Shown here: piece by piece, positions 19,648-29,585 of the stretch | How positions within the stretch are numbered: position 1 is the stretch's first letter | How the letters are laid out: the number at the start of each line of letters is the position of its first letter | Source: Candidatus Heimdallarchaeota archaeon | GTDB taxonomy: Archaea > Asgardarchaeota > Heimdallarchaeia > Hodarchaeales > Hodarchaeaceae | DNA length: 64,000 nucleotides | Direction of reading: 5' to 3' | NCBI GenBank assembly: GCA_019057635.1 | Contig: DXJL01000113.1 | Location: 51,713-115,712, forward strand | Program-made: the position numbers and the translations under genes | The notes under the pieces: generated by a model | What the model saw: the letters and a program-made list of their open reading frames with translations, nothing else | The model's database searches: none | Told to the model about the DNA's origin: nothing

Positions 19648-21303
19648 ATGATAATGTTCAGACAAAACGCTGTTTTAAATGATTTTGTGAACTTTCTAAA
19701 AGCACGTGGTAGATTTCGAGATATTGAATTTATCGATAATAGTGTTCATGCAACTCCACGAATTCCAGATTTTCCTTCGATTGTATTTTATATTGAAGAA
19801 ACACGTTCTGAACCAAAACAACAACAATATGTTCTTGAAATCCATGGTAATGAATCGAGTGTCATGAATCGGGAAATTCGAGAATTTTTTAGTCTGAATA
19901 AATTGAATGTTCAGAAAATCCGCTCGAAATTTCATTTGAAAACAGATACTGAGGATGGTATCACTTGTGAAGTTATAGGAATTGGTTCCTCATTTGATTC
20001 TTTTTCTGACCAAATGCAAGCATTATTTAGTACCGCTCAATTAGTACTAGAAAAAACACAAAAAACCTTAATTTTTGGTTCAGAATCAAAAAAAAAGGAT
20101 ACTGTCAAGCTTAAAAGACCATCACAGGTATCAAATTTATCAAAAATTATAACCAAGCAAAAACAACCTACGATTTCACCAGTAATGCCTGCTATTAAAT
20201 CCAAACCTTCTCCTGAAGTAACTACAAGAAATTTTAGTCGGATGAAGCATTCTCCTGTTAAGAATGAATTAGAATATTCAACATCAACCGAACGTCCAAC
20301 GGACGACCCTCGATCAAGTGAGGAAACCAATACACCCCGAGACATTGTCTATATTGAGAAAGAAAGAGATGATTTTATTGAGGAAGATTTGTTTAAACCA
20401 CCAGCTACTAGAGATATCAAATCCGTCCCCGATAATCAGGATCCTGAAGGTGATTCATTTCGGATGGAACCTCCCGATAAATCTTACTCGAACGATGTCA
20501 CCCCATATTTAAAACAAACAACTGGATTATTTAGAAAGGATAACTGGGAAGAAGATCTTCCAACAGAAATAGAGATGGAAATCCTAGATCGCACCTTCGC
20601 TCGAATAAAGCATCGAACAAAACCTGAAATCTTGGCTAAGGATTTAGATGTCCCAATAGAGGAAGCAGAGAAACACTTGAGGAATTTAATCTCTAAAGGA
20701 CTTCTCAGAACTCAAGTTGGTTGGTTTATTATAAAGAAGAGCCATTTGCCTTTCTTTAAGAAGACTTTTTCAGATTCAAATCGAAAAAAGAAAAAGAAAA
20801 AATCTCCTCGAATCTCTCGGACTGGTGAAGGTCTCACTTCAGAAGAAATAGCAACGATAAAAGCAATTAAATCAAGGCCAAATCTGAAGGCGCAATCAAA
20901 CTTGTTAACTCGTCCAACTGGATTAAAACAGAGCATTTTAAAAGAAGTTCTAAGAAATTTAGTAGACAAAGGAATCCTTAGAGTTTCCTATGGATGGTAT
21001 ATTCTTAAAGATAAACATATTTTAGAACAAAAGAGAGGAAGTCTAAGTTCAGATACTTCCACTCCTCCAACACCTGATTTAAAGATCCCGAAGGGTTTTA
21101 AACTTTCAGGTTCTGAAATCCAGGTCATTCAGGCATTATTACAACGTCCCCAATATAAAGCACAATCAAATCTCCTAACCTCCGAAGTCAAATTATCGAA
21201 AGACCAGATTAAACAAGTTCTTAGAGACCTTGTAGAAAAGGATATATGTAAGGTAACTTATGGATGGTACACTTTAAAGAATCCTGACCATTTCTTAGCA
21301 TAA
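19648..21303 (+). CDS. Hypothetical protein with disordered linker and three tandem winged-helix-like repeats
   Basis: Three repeats ending LRNLISKGLLRTQVGWF, LRNLVDKGILRVSYGWY and LRDLVEKDICKVTYGWY. Confidence 0.75.
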   Translation: MIMFRQNAVLNDFVNFLKARGRFRDIEFIDNSVHATPRIPDFPSIVFYIEETRSEPKQQQYVLEIHGNESSVMNREIREFFSLNKLNVQKIRSKFHLKTDTEDGITCEVIGIGSSFDSFSDQMQALFSTAQLVLEKTQKTLIFGSESKKKDTVKLKRPSQVSNLSKIITKQKQPTISPVMPAIKSKPSPEVTTRNFSRMKHSPVKNELEYSTSTERPTDDPRSSEETNTPRDIVYIEKERDDFIEEDLFKPPATRDIKSVPDNQDPEGDSFRMEPPDKSYSNDVTPYLKQTTGLFRKDNWEEDLPTEIEMEILDRTFARIKHRTKPEILAKDLDVPIEEAEKHLRNLISKGLLRTQVGWFIIKKSHLPFFKKTFSDSNRKKKKKKSPRISRTGEGLTSEEIATIKAIKSRPNLKAQSNLLTRPTGLKQSILKEVLRNLVDKGILRVSYGWYILKDKHILEQKRGSLSSDTSTPPTPDLKIPKGFKLSGSEIQVIQALLQRPQYKAQSNLLTSEVKLSKDQIKQVLRDLVEKDICKVTYGWYTLKNPDHFLA

Positions 21304-21537
21304 GAAGAAGTGATTATTCAACCTGAAGGACTGTAACAGTAATAAGATTAACTTTCTGATCTTCTTTGTGTTGTATGCTGGCCAAGTTATTCGATAAACG
21401 AAAAACAATTGTTTTAATAATCTGTTCTTTATGGATAATTGGTTTCCTTATCAAAATTTTCTCAGCATACAAAATAAAATATAAATTCACACACCAACGA
21501 TCATAATTAGAGACAGAGGAATGGAAGTGCTCTGTAA

Positions 21538-22305
21538 ATGACTAGTAATACTGAATTATCTAAAGATCCTAATGAACAGCAATCAAAAGAGGAGAGAATT
21601 CCATTAAAAACAGAAAATACCCCCTCTCCAAAACGTTTTCATAATGATAAATTAATGATTTCAACTCTACTGATTGCAACTCTTATAACAATTCTTATTT
21701 ACACGGTTCCAGATTGGGTTTTTTTGGAAATACCAACACGTAATATTATAAGTGAAATACTTGCCTTTATCGGAATTGAAAATACACCAATACCAACCTT
21801 GGATCCAAATTCAGTAATTCCAGAATTTTTAAAAGGTGGGGAATTTCCCTTTCTTGAAGCAACCACACAAACGCCCGGAATTCACATTCCATCTACAAAT
21901 GGCGATTATTGGATAGTGAAAGCATGTACAGGTATGCAAGCAGGAGGATTGCTTTTAGCTATCATCATGATCACTGAAGCTACCTGGAACGCTAAGATAC
22001 GCGCAAGTACTGCATTCTTCATTGCATTATTTATAGGAAATACATTACGAATCACATTCCATCTCTGGTGTGTGTCATTCTTAGTTACGCAATTCAATAT
22101 GGATTCTGAAACAGCATTTTATTGGGCCCATGATGTTTCATCCAAAGTGATTGGCTTTTTTGGTACCATCTTCTTTGCTTTACTCATTGAAAAAATGGAT
22201 GTTCCCATCATTGATCAGTTTGCAGATTGGCTTGACTGGATGTGGTGGAGATTGGAAAAAGGTTTCTTATTTTTCAAAGGATTGATCGTGTCTGATAACA
22301 ATTAA
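21538..22305 (+). CDS. Exosortase/archaeosortase family membrane transpeptidase
   Basis: ACTG catalytic Cys, N.LRI Arg, HD; multiple TM segments. Confidence 0.8.
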   Translation: MTSNTELSKDPNEQQSKEERIPLKTENTPSPKRFHNDKLMISTLLIATLITILIYTVPDWVFLEIPTRNIISEILAFIGIENTPIPTLDPNSVIPEFLKGGEFPFLEATTQTPGIHIPSTNGDYWIVKACTGMQAGGLLLAIIMITEATWNAKIRASTAFFIALFIGNTLRITFHLWCVSFLVTQFNMDSETAFYWAHDVSSKVIGFFGTIFFALLIEKMDVPIIDQFADWLDWMWWRLEKGFLFFKGLIVSDNN

Positions 22306-22526
22306 TATTCCTGGTTGAAAGAAAAAAGAACTAATTGACGTATATTTTTACAATCGAATTTTTTAGCTTGATTTTGATTTGTATTTTCTTCTATTTTTGT
22401 TTGGGAAATTTCAGTTATCTCTCGTAGATAGTAATCTCGATGTAAAACTTCTTAAGTAAATTCGGATTTAGATTACTTGTAATGTTGATCAAATCAATCT
22501 AGGCATTTATGACAGGAGCTTAGAAT

Positions 22527-22703
22527 ATGAGTGTCAGAAAATCAAAAAAACGTGATGATTCTCCGATGCCTGCCACTGGCGCAGGATTAATTAGGTTTTA
22601 TTCCGAATCGGATTCACCAGGGTTAAAAATGGGCCCTTATTGGACTGTTGGACTAGCGATCGCATTTGTAGGACTAATTCTTATCCTAAATCTGTTCCAA
22701 TAA
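22527..22703 (+). CDS. secG: Protein translocase Sec61beta, 58 aa, not in the ORF track
   Basis: Manual translation contains AGLIRFY...GLKMGP followed by one TM helix. Confidence 0.9.
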   Translation: MSVRKSKKRDDSPMPATGAGLIRFYSESDSPGLKMGPYWTVGLAIAFVGLILILNLFQ

Positions 22704-22763
22704 CAATAGATAATACATTTTTTGTCGAGTTTCTTTCTACATCATTCTTTAAACTAATAGAAT

Positions 22764-23666
22764 ATGAATTGGCTGAATATAATGAAAGACAAGATTCCCC
22801 TTTCTGAGATAATGACTAAAAAAGATGATCTTGTTACAATGAGAATTCCTGGTAACAGAGATTTATTAATTGAGGCCATTCGTAAAACAGGTTTAAGTGT
22901 CTATCCAGTTCTGAAAAAAGAATCAGATGAATTAGTTGGAATTGTATCTAGATCAGATTTATTCAGAAATCCAGATGAAACACAATTATCCTTACTTATG
23001 AAAAGAGATGTTATCACATTAAAGTCAAGTAACTATGTAATTGATGCTGCAAGGATTTATGAGGAAAATGTTTTCCAGAGAATTCCCATAGTCGATGACA
23101 ATGATGAAAAAATCTTAATAGGCTTAATCGCACGAAATGATATTATTAAGAAAGTAGTCCTTAAAGCGAAAATTCAATTGGACGTTAAAAACTACTTTAA
23201 TCCAAATGTTACAACAATATGGGAACAAACACCAGTGAATATCGCAGCGATGATCCTTCGTGTTAGCCATCAAAAGGGACTTCCTGTTCTAAATGCATCT
23301 GGTATGACAGGAATTATTTCTCAGAATGACTTTCTCAAAGTAGCAGAAATATTAGATTCCCAAAGTACAAGTCGGACGGGTCATGGTTCTGAAAATGATA
23401 GTTCATCTTGGGATAGTGAATCTATCTTGATTATTGGTGCCAAAACTCTCACTCTTCCGCGTAACATGAAAGTATGTGATATTATGGAAGGAAATGTCGA
23501 AGTATGTTATACCGGAACCACAATTCATGAAGTTACTAAGAAAATGGTTCAGAAAAATCTTGATCAGATGCCTGTAGTAAATGTAAGTGGTGAAATCTTA
23601 GGAATAATCAATACACGGGATATAATTCGAGCGTATGTTCACGGGTATGATAAAAAAAGAAATTGA
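22764..23666 (+). CDS. CBS-domain protein (four CBS repeats)
   Basis: Repeated PV/PI...GI(V/I)S..D CBS patterns. Confidence 0.88.
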   Translation: MNWLNIMKDKIPLSEIMTKKDDLVTMRIPGNRDLLIEAIRKTGLSVYPVLKKESDELVGIVSRSDLFRNPDETQLSLLMKRDVITLKSSNYVIDAARIYEENVFQRIPIVDDNDEKILIGLIARNDIIKKVVLKAKIQLDVKNYFNPNVTTIWEQTPVNIAAMILRVSHQKGLPVLNASGMTGIISQNDFLKVAEILDSQSTSRTGHGSENDSSSWDSESILIIGAKTLTLPRNMKVCDIMEGNVEVCYTGTTIHEVTKKMVQKNLDQMPVVNVSGEILGIINTRDIIRAYVHGYDKKRN

Positions 23667-23763
23667 ATTTTCTAATTAACTAAGCATATTGAGATTTGAC
23701 CAGTACTAATATCTACTTTCATTTCAAACCAAAAATCACAATTACCGAAGTTAGAGGTTTATT

Positions 23764-24594
23764 ATGCCTATTCGTAGATCAATCGCTATACCTGATTCCG
23801 CAGTAAGCGATAATAGCGACATACGTTCTAAAACTGAAAAGCTCTTTCAGTTAAGTCGAATAGCGGCAATTTTCCAAGTCCAGAATATCCTAATATATCA
23901 TAACCCTCTATTAACACCCGCTCGTGCGAATCGTGAAAGAAGAATTATGACACGAATATTAGAATATATTGAATGTCCCCAATATTTACGTAAACGATTG
24001 TTTCCCCTATCACGAGACACTGTGGCGGTTGGAATACTTTCCCCTTTAGCAATTCCTCATCATGCGAAAACTCGTGACTTAAAACCGAATGAAATTCGAG
24101 AAGCTGCCATTTTTTTGAATCAAAATCGTGTTGTGGCTGATGTAGGTGGTATAGAACTTCTAGAGGTCGAGGGATGGAAAAAATCCTTGAAAGAGAAAAC
24201 GGTTCGTGTCACAGTACAAATACTTAAAGCTAATGGAAAATTTAAAGCTACAATATTAGCTAATCATCCAATAGAAGAATATTGGGGATATACAGTTAGT
24301 TCGTATCAGCACCCATTAAGTAAGGTTTTATTAAACAGATCTGAATATAAAATTGCTACATCCAGAACATGTGAACGATTTTCTTCTTTCAGACGAAAGC
24401 TAGATCTCAAAAGAGACCTGCTAATTGCCTTTGGAGGACCTTATAGTGGAATTCCAAAAATACTGAAGTCAGAAGGGAAAAAAACAAGTGATGTCTTCGA
24501 CACTTGTGTCAATATTTTGGATAACTATGGAACACGTTCATTGAGACTAGAAGAAGCAATGATGATCATGTTTAGTCGTCTAGAGAATGATTAA
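23764..24594 (+). CDS. SPOUT RNA methyltransferase (DUF171/SPOUT1 family)
   Basis: SIAIPDS, ECPQYLRK, YWGY, FGGP, RLEEA. Confidence 0.9.
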   Translation: MPIRRSIAIPDSAVSDNSDIRSKTEKLFQLSRIAAIFQVQNILIYHNPLLTPARANRERRIMTRILEYIECPQYLRKRLFPLSRDTVAVGILSPLAIPHHAKTRDLKPNEIREAAIFLNQNRVVADVGGIELLEVEGWKKSLKEKTVRVTVQILKANGKFKATILANHPIEEYWGYTVSSYQHPLSKVLLNRSEYKIATSRTCERFSSFRRKLDLKRDLLIAFGGPYSGIPKILKSEGKKTSDVFDTCVNILDNYGTRSLRLEEAMMIMFSRLEND

Positions 24595-24695
24595 TTCATT
24601 GAATTGCTATCGAATATCATTCCCGAAATCTTTAAATTTCCTTCTTATTTGATTTAAACCCGTATGTAAATTGTGTACAATATCCTGACTATACT

Positions 24696-24810
24696 GCGGG
24701 GGTTCCCTAGCCAGGTCAACGGGGACAGACTCAAGGTTTACTCTCTTTACGAAGTAGATGAAGAGATCTGTTAGTGTAGACTTTCGTGAGTTCAAATCTC
24801 ACCCCCCGCA
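24696..24810 (+). tRNA. tRNA-Leu(CAA) with 30-nt intron at 37/38 (24736-24765)
   Basis: GCGGGGG/CCCCCGC acceptor; ACAGA-CT CAA G[intron]A-TCTGT; long variable arm. Confidence 0.92.
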
Positions 24811-24966
24811 CTATAGTGAAAGAATGTTTCAATAGACGATAAGAGTAACTCCGAAAGCTCCTTAAACTAATACATTCGGGAATTAGTCATAATTTCCAAA
24901 GAGAAGAAGCAAATAATATATTTTGTGAAATAAAATTCAAAACCCAGCCAATTTAGAGGTATCTAA

Positions 24967-25611
24967 ATGAGTACGGAAGATATAATTCCAGGAATTACAC
25001 CAACTCGAATGCAGTTGCTTGAACTTAATCAGAGATTGGAGCTAGCAACAAAAGGATATGAACTACTAAGTGAAAAACTTGAGGCCTTAACTGGAGAACT
25101 TCTCACGTCAGTAAATGCCTATAAGGAGCGAAGAGAAAAAGCACTTGAAAAAACAACACTCGCCCAAGATGAGTACAGAAAATTGGAGCTTCAGCTTGGG
25201 ACAACCGAATTAAGAGGAGTTGTTTCAAATTTCAAGCAGGTTTACCATTTAGAGAGCAAAAAAAGAAGTTTAATGGGTATTTCAGTTCCTATGTTTCATC
25301 TTATTGATCCTGAATCTGAAAACACAAACAACGCCTCTTATTCGTTGAAACGAACATCAGCCAAATTTGATGAAAATCTGTTTTTGTTTAAAGATAGTCT
25401 TCAAGCAATAATTCAATTATCAGAGGTGCAATCAACTATTTCACGTTTGGCAAAAGAAATCATTGAAACTAAGAGGCGAGTTAACGCTCTGAACTACATA
25501 ATAATTCCAAGGATCAAGGCTACGGTCAAATGGATTAGATTAACATTAGCCGAACGTGAGAGAGAGTCTTTTGTAAGATTAAAAAAAGTAAAGAAGAAAA
25601 TTTCTGGATAG
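24967..25611 (+). CDS. atpD: A/V-type ATP synthase subunit D, stand-alone
   Basis: PTRMQL, TKRRVNALNYIIIP, EREREFxRLK-like C-terminus. Confidence 0.93.
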   Translation: MSTEDIIPGITPTRMQLLELNQRLELATKGYELLSEKLEALTGELLTSVNAYKERREKALEKTTLAQDEYRKLELQLGTTELRGVVSNFKQVYHLESKKRSLMGISVPMFHLIDPESENTNNASYSLKRTSAKFDENLFLFKDSLQAIIQLSEVQSTISRLAKEIIETKRRVNALNYIIIPRIKATVKWIRLTLAERERESFVRLKKVKKKISG

Positions 25612-25620
25612 AACTTATTT

Positions 25621-26367
25621 TTATTCTCTTGTAATTCTTCCTCTTCTAGGACCAGTTCTACGAGCTGCAATTAAACCGACTTTTCGTCCCGGGGGAGCAT
25701 TTCTAGAAACTGTTGTAGGTTGTCCAGGTCCCTGATGAGCACCGCCACCAAAGGGGTGTGAAACTATATTCATGGCTACTCCACGCACTACAGGGAATGC
25801 TTTGTGGCCTTTTGCCCTCATAAAAGATCTCTTCAATCCAGCTTTTAAAAACGGACGATCAGGTCGACCACCAGCAGAAATGACCCCAATCATAGCGCGG
25901 GCATTCTTATGAATTTGCCTTGAGTATTTTGAAGGTAGTTGGATAGTTGGTCCTGACTTAGATTGACCACGAACTTGACCGTGTGTCCCTGACGCTCGAC
26001 AAAGTGCTCCTCCATCACCAGGTCGCATTTCTATATTACAGATCCATATACCCTCTGGAATTTTGTGAACTGGAACAATATTTCCTACTTCTAGTGCTGC
26101 GTCTTCACCTTGTTCGCATTTTTGCCCCACATGGACTCCTTCTGGTGCAGGAAGAAGGCATTCATCACCATCTTCATATCGAACGAGCATTAATGGAAGA
26201 CCTCGACCCATCTCATGGATGAAATCGACTATTGTAAATTCAATTTTGCCTGTTGATTCATTATCCTTGATAGGTAAATATCGTGCTTTACCTCTTCTTC
26301 TATGCGACAAAGCACGAAAAACTGGCGATCCACGTCCACGTCTTTGCACTAGTATTCTTTTTCCCAA
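25621..26367 (-). CDS. rpl2: 50S ribosomal protein uL2
   Basis: MGKRILVQRRGRG, VRGVAMN..HPFGGG. Confidence 0.97.
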   Translation of the reverse strand: MGKRILVQRRGRGSPVFRALSHRRRGKARYLPIKDNESTGKIEFTIVDFIHEMGRGLPLMLVRYEDGDECLLPAPEGVHVGQKCEQGEDAALEVGNIVPVHKIPEGIWICNIEMRPGDGGALCRASGTHGQVRGQSKSGPTIQLPSKYSRQIHKNARAMIGVISAGGRPDRPFLKAGLKRSFMRAKGHKAFPVVRGVAMNIVSHPFGGGAHQGPGQPTTVSRNAPPGRKVGLIAARRTGPRRGRITRE

Positions 26368-26380
26368 TCATGTCACCTAC

Positions 26381-26656
26381 TTAAATAATTCCAACTTCTG
26401 TTGCGAGATCTAAAGCACTATTCTCCGGCACTAGTTTAATGAATGCTTTTTTCGTACCTTGTGGTGTAATAAGAGTATTAACTTTCACTACAGATACCTT
26501 ATAGAGTGATTCGAAAGCATTCTTGATTTGATGTTTTGTTGCACGCCGATCAACAATGAAAACAAGAGCATTTTCGTTGATGTTATCCATTTTGTTAAAG
26601 GCAGATTCTGTGATAAGCGGATATTTAATAATATCATGGGGATGATTGAATTTCAT
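26381..26656 (-). CDS. rpl23: 50S ribosomal protein uL23
   Basis: PLITE, KVNTLITP.G.KKAFIKL. Confidence 0.96.
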   Translation of the reverse strand: MKFNHPHDIIKYPLITESAFNKMDNINENALVFIVDRRATKHQIKNAFESLYKVSVVKVNTLITPQGTKKAFIKLVPENSALDLATEVGII

Positions 26657-26690
26657 TTTACTCCAACCTGGGTTTATTAGTTCTACTAAA

Positions 26691-27485
26691 TTAGTTGTTC
26701 TCCAATTTTTTCAGGTAATCAATAGCAGATTTCGTCCATATTGTAAGTCGTCCTGCATGTGTTCCAGGAGCAAGATGTTCAGTATTAAGTTGATCAATAA
26801 ACACAACATCAACACCAGCAATGTTTCTAGCTGCTTGGAGTATTCCACTGTCATTAGCTACTACTAACAATACCGATTTACCATTCTTATATTTTCTTCC
26901 ACGCCGTTTACCCTTTCCTGCACGCACATGTGAATTTCTACGTTTTGCTTTTGCTAGATCGTATGATAATCCTAAACTTTTGAATGCTGTATGAACATCT
27001 TTTGTTTTCTTTAATGACTCAAGATCATCAGTAACGATTAGAGGTAAATAATTTACTTCCTCGATAATGTGTCCCCGTGATTCAACAAGGACTGGATCAG
27101 ATGTAGCCGCGATAGCTGAATTTTTTGCTAATTTCCGCTCTTTCTTATTAACTTTTTCAGAGAAATTTTGATTGGCTTCTGGTGGATGGGTACGTCTCCC
27201 ACCAACGGCAAATGGTATCAAAGCCGCACGACTTGCTGAGTGAGTTCGAGAACCTTTTACACGTGGAACTCTAGCTGCACCACGTCCCGTTCCCCAGCTT
27301 TCTGCAGACGTACGTTTTCCAGCTCTAGGATCGACACCATAAGGAATCTGTCTATTTCGACGGCTAGCTAGGACCGCTCTCTTTATTAAATCAGGACGAA
27401 ATGAAGTTTGAAAAACTTCAGCTAGTTGTATCTTTTCAACTTCTTTTCCTTCAATGTCAAAGACTGGTACCTTTGTAGATTTCAT
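26691..27485 (-). CDS. rpl4: 50S ribosomal protein uL4
   Basis: SAESWGTGRG.ARVPR, LAPGTHAGRLT. Confidence 0.97.
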   Translation of the reverse strand: MKSTKVPVFDIEGKEVEKIQLAEVFQTSFRPDLIKRAVLASRRNRQIPYGVDPRAGKRTSAESWGTGRGAARVPRVKGSRTHSASRAALIPFAVGGRRTHPPEANQNFSEKVNKKERKLAKNSAIAATSDPVLVESRGHIIEEVNYLPLIVTDDLESLKKTKDVHTAFKSLGLSYDLAKAKRRNSHVRAGKGKRRGRKYKNGKSVLLVVANDSGILQAARNIAGVDVVFIDQLNTEHLAPGTHAGRLTIWTKSAIDYLKKLENN

Positions 27486-27511
27486 ATTTTATGCCCAACT
27501 CTATTCTTTCA

Positions 27512-28510
27512 CTAGTTTTTTGCAGCAGTGCTGATATAAGTAATTTGTAAATCCTCAATATCGACAGGTTTCAATCTTATTGGATCTCTTAATCGTATCA
27601 ATCTTTTTGCAGGACCAGGAACGCTTCCACGGATTAAACAATGACGAGATACTCTACCATAGCGTTTAAATCCATTAGAAGGTGTAACTTCCTCACCATC
27701 TTCTCCAATTTTTAATATCTGCTTATTATACTCAGTTCTGGTGAAATATCCTAATTGACCAGCCCGAGGTACGGTCCACATAACTCTAGCGGGATGCCAT
27801 GGTCCTATACATCCAACAACTCTTCGGCCTTTTCGAGTTTTTCTAGGTAAGATTTTAATACCATGTCTTTTAACAGGCCCTGCAAATCCTTTCCCTTTTG
27901 TAGCTGCATTCACATCTACGAAATCGCTCGCATTGTACACATCGTCTAATGATATTTTTTGATCCAATATCTTTGTTGCGTAATCAAATGCTTCAGCAAC
28001 AGAACCCCCAACTTTAATTTCAATTATATCTGGTTTTTTCTGAGCGAGTCCTGCTTGTCGTGGGAGTGTATGTGCGAGCACTCTAACTTCAGTGACTTCA
28101 TTCAGTGATTGTTTCTCCAAACTGATAGCCTGTTTTTTATTTTGCTTGCTTTTAGGGACTTGCAATCGTAATCCAAGGTCTTTTTCAATTTTCTCGCCCC
28201 AAATTTGGGTACGAACTTTTACTTGGTCTGTTACGGAATCTTTAGAGTAAGTCCTAATACTAAAAATGCCAATAGGAGGTGTTTCAATCACAGTTACTGG
28301 AACAAATTGCTCTTGTTTATAATATGGAGATCGTCGATCTGTATTAATCAATGCAATATGTGTCATTCCAGCTTTGTAACCAGCAAAACCTAATAATCTT
28401 GACTCAGCAGATGATGTCCAAGTTCTTATACGAGATGTGTGACGGGTTGTTTTCTTTCGTCGATATCCCAGAGATCCTCTATGTGGTGCATGTTTTTTTC
28501 TGTGACCCAA
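27512..28510 (-). CDS. rpl3: 50S ribosomal protein uL3
   Basis: GYKAGMTH, TKGKGF.GPVKR, GPWHP. Confidence 0.97.
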   Translation of the reverse strand: MGHRKKHAPHRGSLGYRRKKTTRHTSRIRTWTSSAESRLLGFAGYKAGMTHIALINTDRRSPYYKQEQFVPVTVIETPPIGIFSIRTYSKDSVTDQVKVRTQIWGEKIEKDLGLRLQVPKSKQNKKQAISLEKQSLNEVTEVRVLAHTLPRQAGLAQKKPDIIEIKVGGSVAEAFDYATKILDQKISLDDVYNASDFVDVNAATKGKGFAGPVKRHGIKILPRKTRKGRRVVGCIGPWHPARVMWTVPRAGQLGYFTRTEYNKQILKIGEDGEEVTPSNGFKRYGRVSRHCLIRGSVPGPAKRLIRLRDPIRLKPVDIEDLQITYISTAAKN

Positions 28511-28937
28511 AGTTTACGCTCTCCTATCTCTTGATAAGTTTGAATTTTCCTCAATTGAGGATCGTATATGTTTGTAAAAACTAATACACGTCCACTTCTT
28601 GCTTTTTCGTTGGGGTTTTTTTGTTTTTGTTTTCACTAAGTATTGTTTACTCTATTTCTTGTTAGGATTTAAGGATAAAAAATCACTTGGAAGGCAAATG
28701 GTCAATAACAACACAAAATATAACCAGAAAAAATTGAATTTTCCACTTGTTTTCAGAGAAAGATTCAGATTAAAAATTATCAGACTAACTAATAATTTGG
28801 ATCCATAGATCTTTCATTCTTTGGTTGTATTTATTTTAAAAAATAATTCCTAATATGTATGAAACGAAGAGAAATTATCAAAGGATCAGAATTTATGTCT
28901 GAAAGCACATTTCTCATATGGTAAAAATAAACAAGTC

Positions 28938-29585
28938 ATGGAATTAAGAAAATTGACCATAGAACCATCAACCAAAGACGATATGCCTCCATCCTTATCA
29001 TTTGACATGTCGATGCCTCAACTAGTAGTAGAAAAGCCATTAGCATCAGAGATTTTTGAAAACGGGTATTTTGGCCATTGGACATCAGAGAATACTCTCT
29101 GCTTAGAGCCTGAAGAAATCTTATTGCTTCTTGATAGAGGGAGGATAGTCTTAAAATTAAGTGAATCTGATGAAAATATTGCATCTGAGGATCTAGTTAT
29201 TCATTTTACAAATCTAAATCCAAATTTTTGGAGTCGCTATTTGGTGTATAAGGATTTACGAAATCGTGGTTATGTGGTAAGCATTGGAACTCGGATTACA
29301 GCACCCTTTAGAATATATTCAAGAGGGGGAAAACCTGGGGAATCTGTGAGTAAAACAGTTATTTATCCTATTCCTGAAGGTGAAGATGTTAATCTTGACC
29401 TTCTTGATCAAATCGTAAAACAAGCAAAAATTGACAGAAAAAAGTTATTACTATCTGTAATAGACAGGTTAGGTGATGTAACTTACTATCAAGCCTCTCA
29501 ACTAGAACTAGAATATAATAATTTAGAATATGAGTTTAGGGATGAAATTTCTCCTCCTAACAACAGTGATAATGGTGAAGAATAA
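28938..29585 (+). CDS. endA: tRNA splicing endonuclease subunit, possibly non-catalytic
   Basis: VYKDLRNRGY, FRIY.RG..PG, RKK; Val where the catalytic His is expected. Confidence 0.85.
   Translation: MELRKLTIEPSTKDDMPPSLSFDMSMPQLVVEKPLASEIFENGYFGHWTSENTLCLEPEEILLLLDRGRIVLKLSESDENIASEDLVIHFTNLNPNFWSRYLVYKDLRNRGYVVSIGTRITAPFRIYSRGGKPGESVSKTVIYPIPEGEDVNLDLLDQIVKQAKIDRKKLLLSVIDRLGDVTYYQASQLELEYNNLEYEFRDEISPPNNSDNGEE

Noticed and set aside
20560-21303. Z-alpha (Z-DNA binding) identity for the WH repeats
   Set aside because: The NxxLY recognition helix and PPxW wing are absent.
24607-24795. 62-aa minus-strand ORF
   Set aside because: It is antisense to tRNA-Leu(CAA).
28351-28808. Short plus-strand ORFs around the rpl3 start
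   Set aside because: Low-complexity AT-rich sequence overlapping rpl3 or its promoter region; no support.
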